The notes under the pieces: model-generated
Databases searched by the model: none
Told to the model about the DNA's origin: nothing
What the model saw: the letters and a program-made list of their open reading frames with translations, nothing else
Source: Moniliella sp. 'wahieum'
Lineage: Eukaryota
Length of the DNA: 20,000 bases
Assembly: GCA_003971905.1 (NCBI GenBank)
Contig: RSEE01000112.1
Span: 174,333 to 194,332 of the forward strand
Direction: 5' to 3'
Translations under genes and position numbers: made by a program
In this document: positions 19,828 through 20,000 of the stretch, one piece after another
How the letters are laid out: each line of letters begins with the position of its first letter
Numbering within the stretch: the stretch's first letter is position 1

Positions 19828-20000
19828 CTGCATATATACGGCCGCCGCCCAAGTCGTTCATCTTATAGAAATGGTCCCGCCTGGGGATGCTCAAGGCAGA
19901 ATAGCGACCCCACCCTTATTGACGATGCGGTAGCGATTGTTTTTTTTGCATTCTCTAGGATCGTAGCTTTCTAATGAGCCCCTTCCCACCTTGCCACATG

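Overview
Eukaryotic fungal genomic DNA, most likely a basidiomycete of the smut (Ustilaginomycotina) type, inferred from the GGA protein sequence and short GT-AG introns with CTRAC branch sites. The window has three zones. (1) 1-~8400 is decayed, repeat-like DNA. It begins with a dead Ty3/gypsy chromovirus pol 3' end whose integrase is split by an internal inversion: the N-terminal half is on the minus strand (1-~500) and the C-terminal half plus chromodomain is on the plus strand (~505-1367). (2) ~8450-17600 is a GC-rich, microsatellite-saturated gene island. It holds a highly diverged GYP5/EVI5-like TBC (Rab-GAP) gene that appears to lack both catalytic fingers, a probable orphan single-pass membrane protein, and a well-conserved GGA adaptor gene (VHS+GAT, no GAE ear). 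Both recognisable genes carry repeated single-base deletions at G/C positions, most likely long-read consensus errors. (3) ~18050-19830 contains two unrelated ~90-bp tandem arrays, one with a covarying hairpin in its units and one reading as a Gly/aromatic-rich 30-aa repeat, plus a short inverted repeat. I see no rRNA, tRNA or CRISPR. Most of the ORF track is repeat-driven noise.
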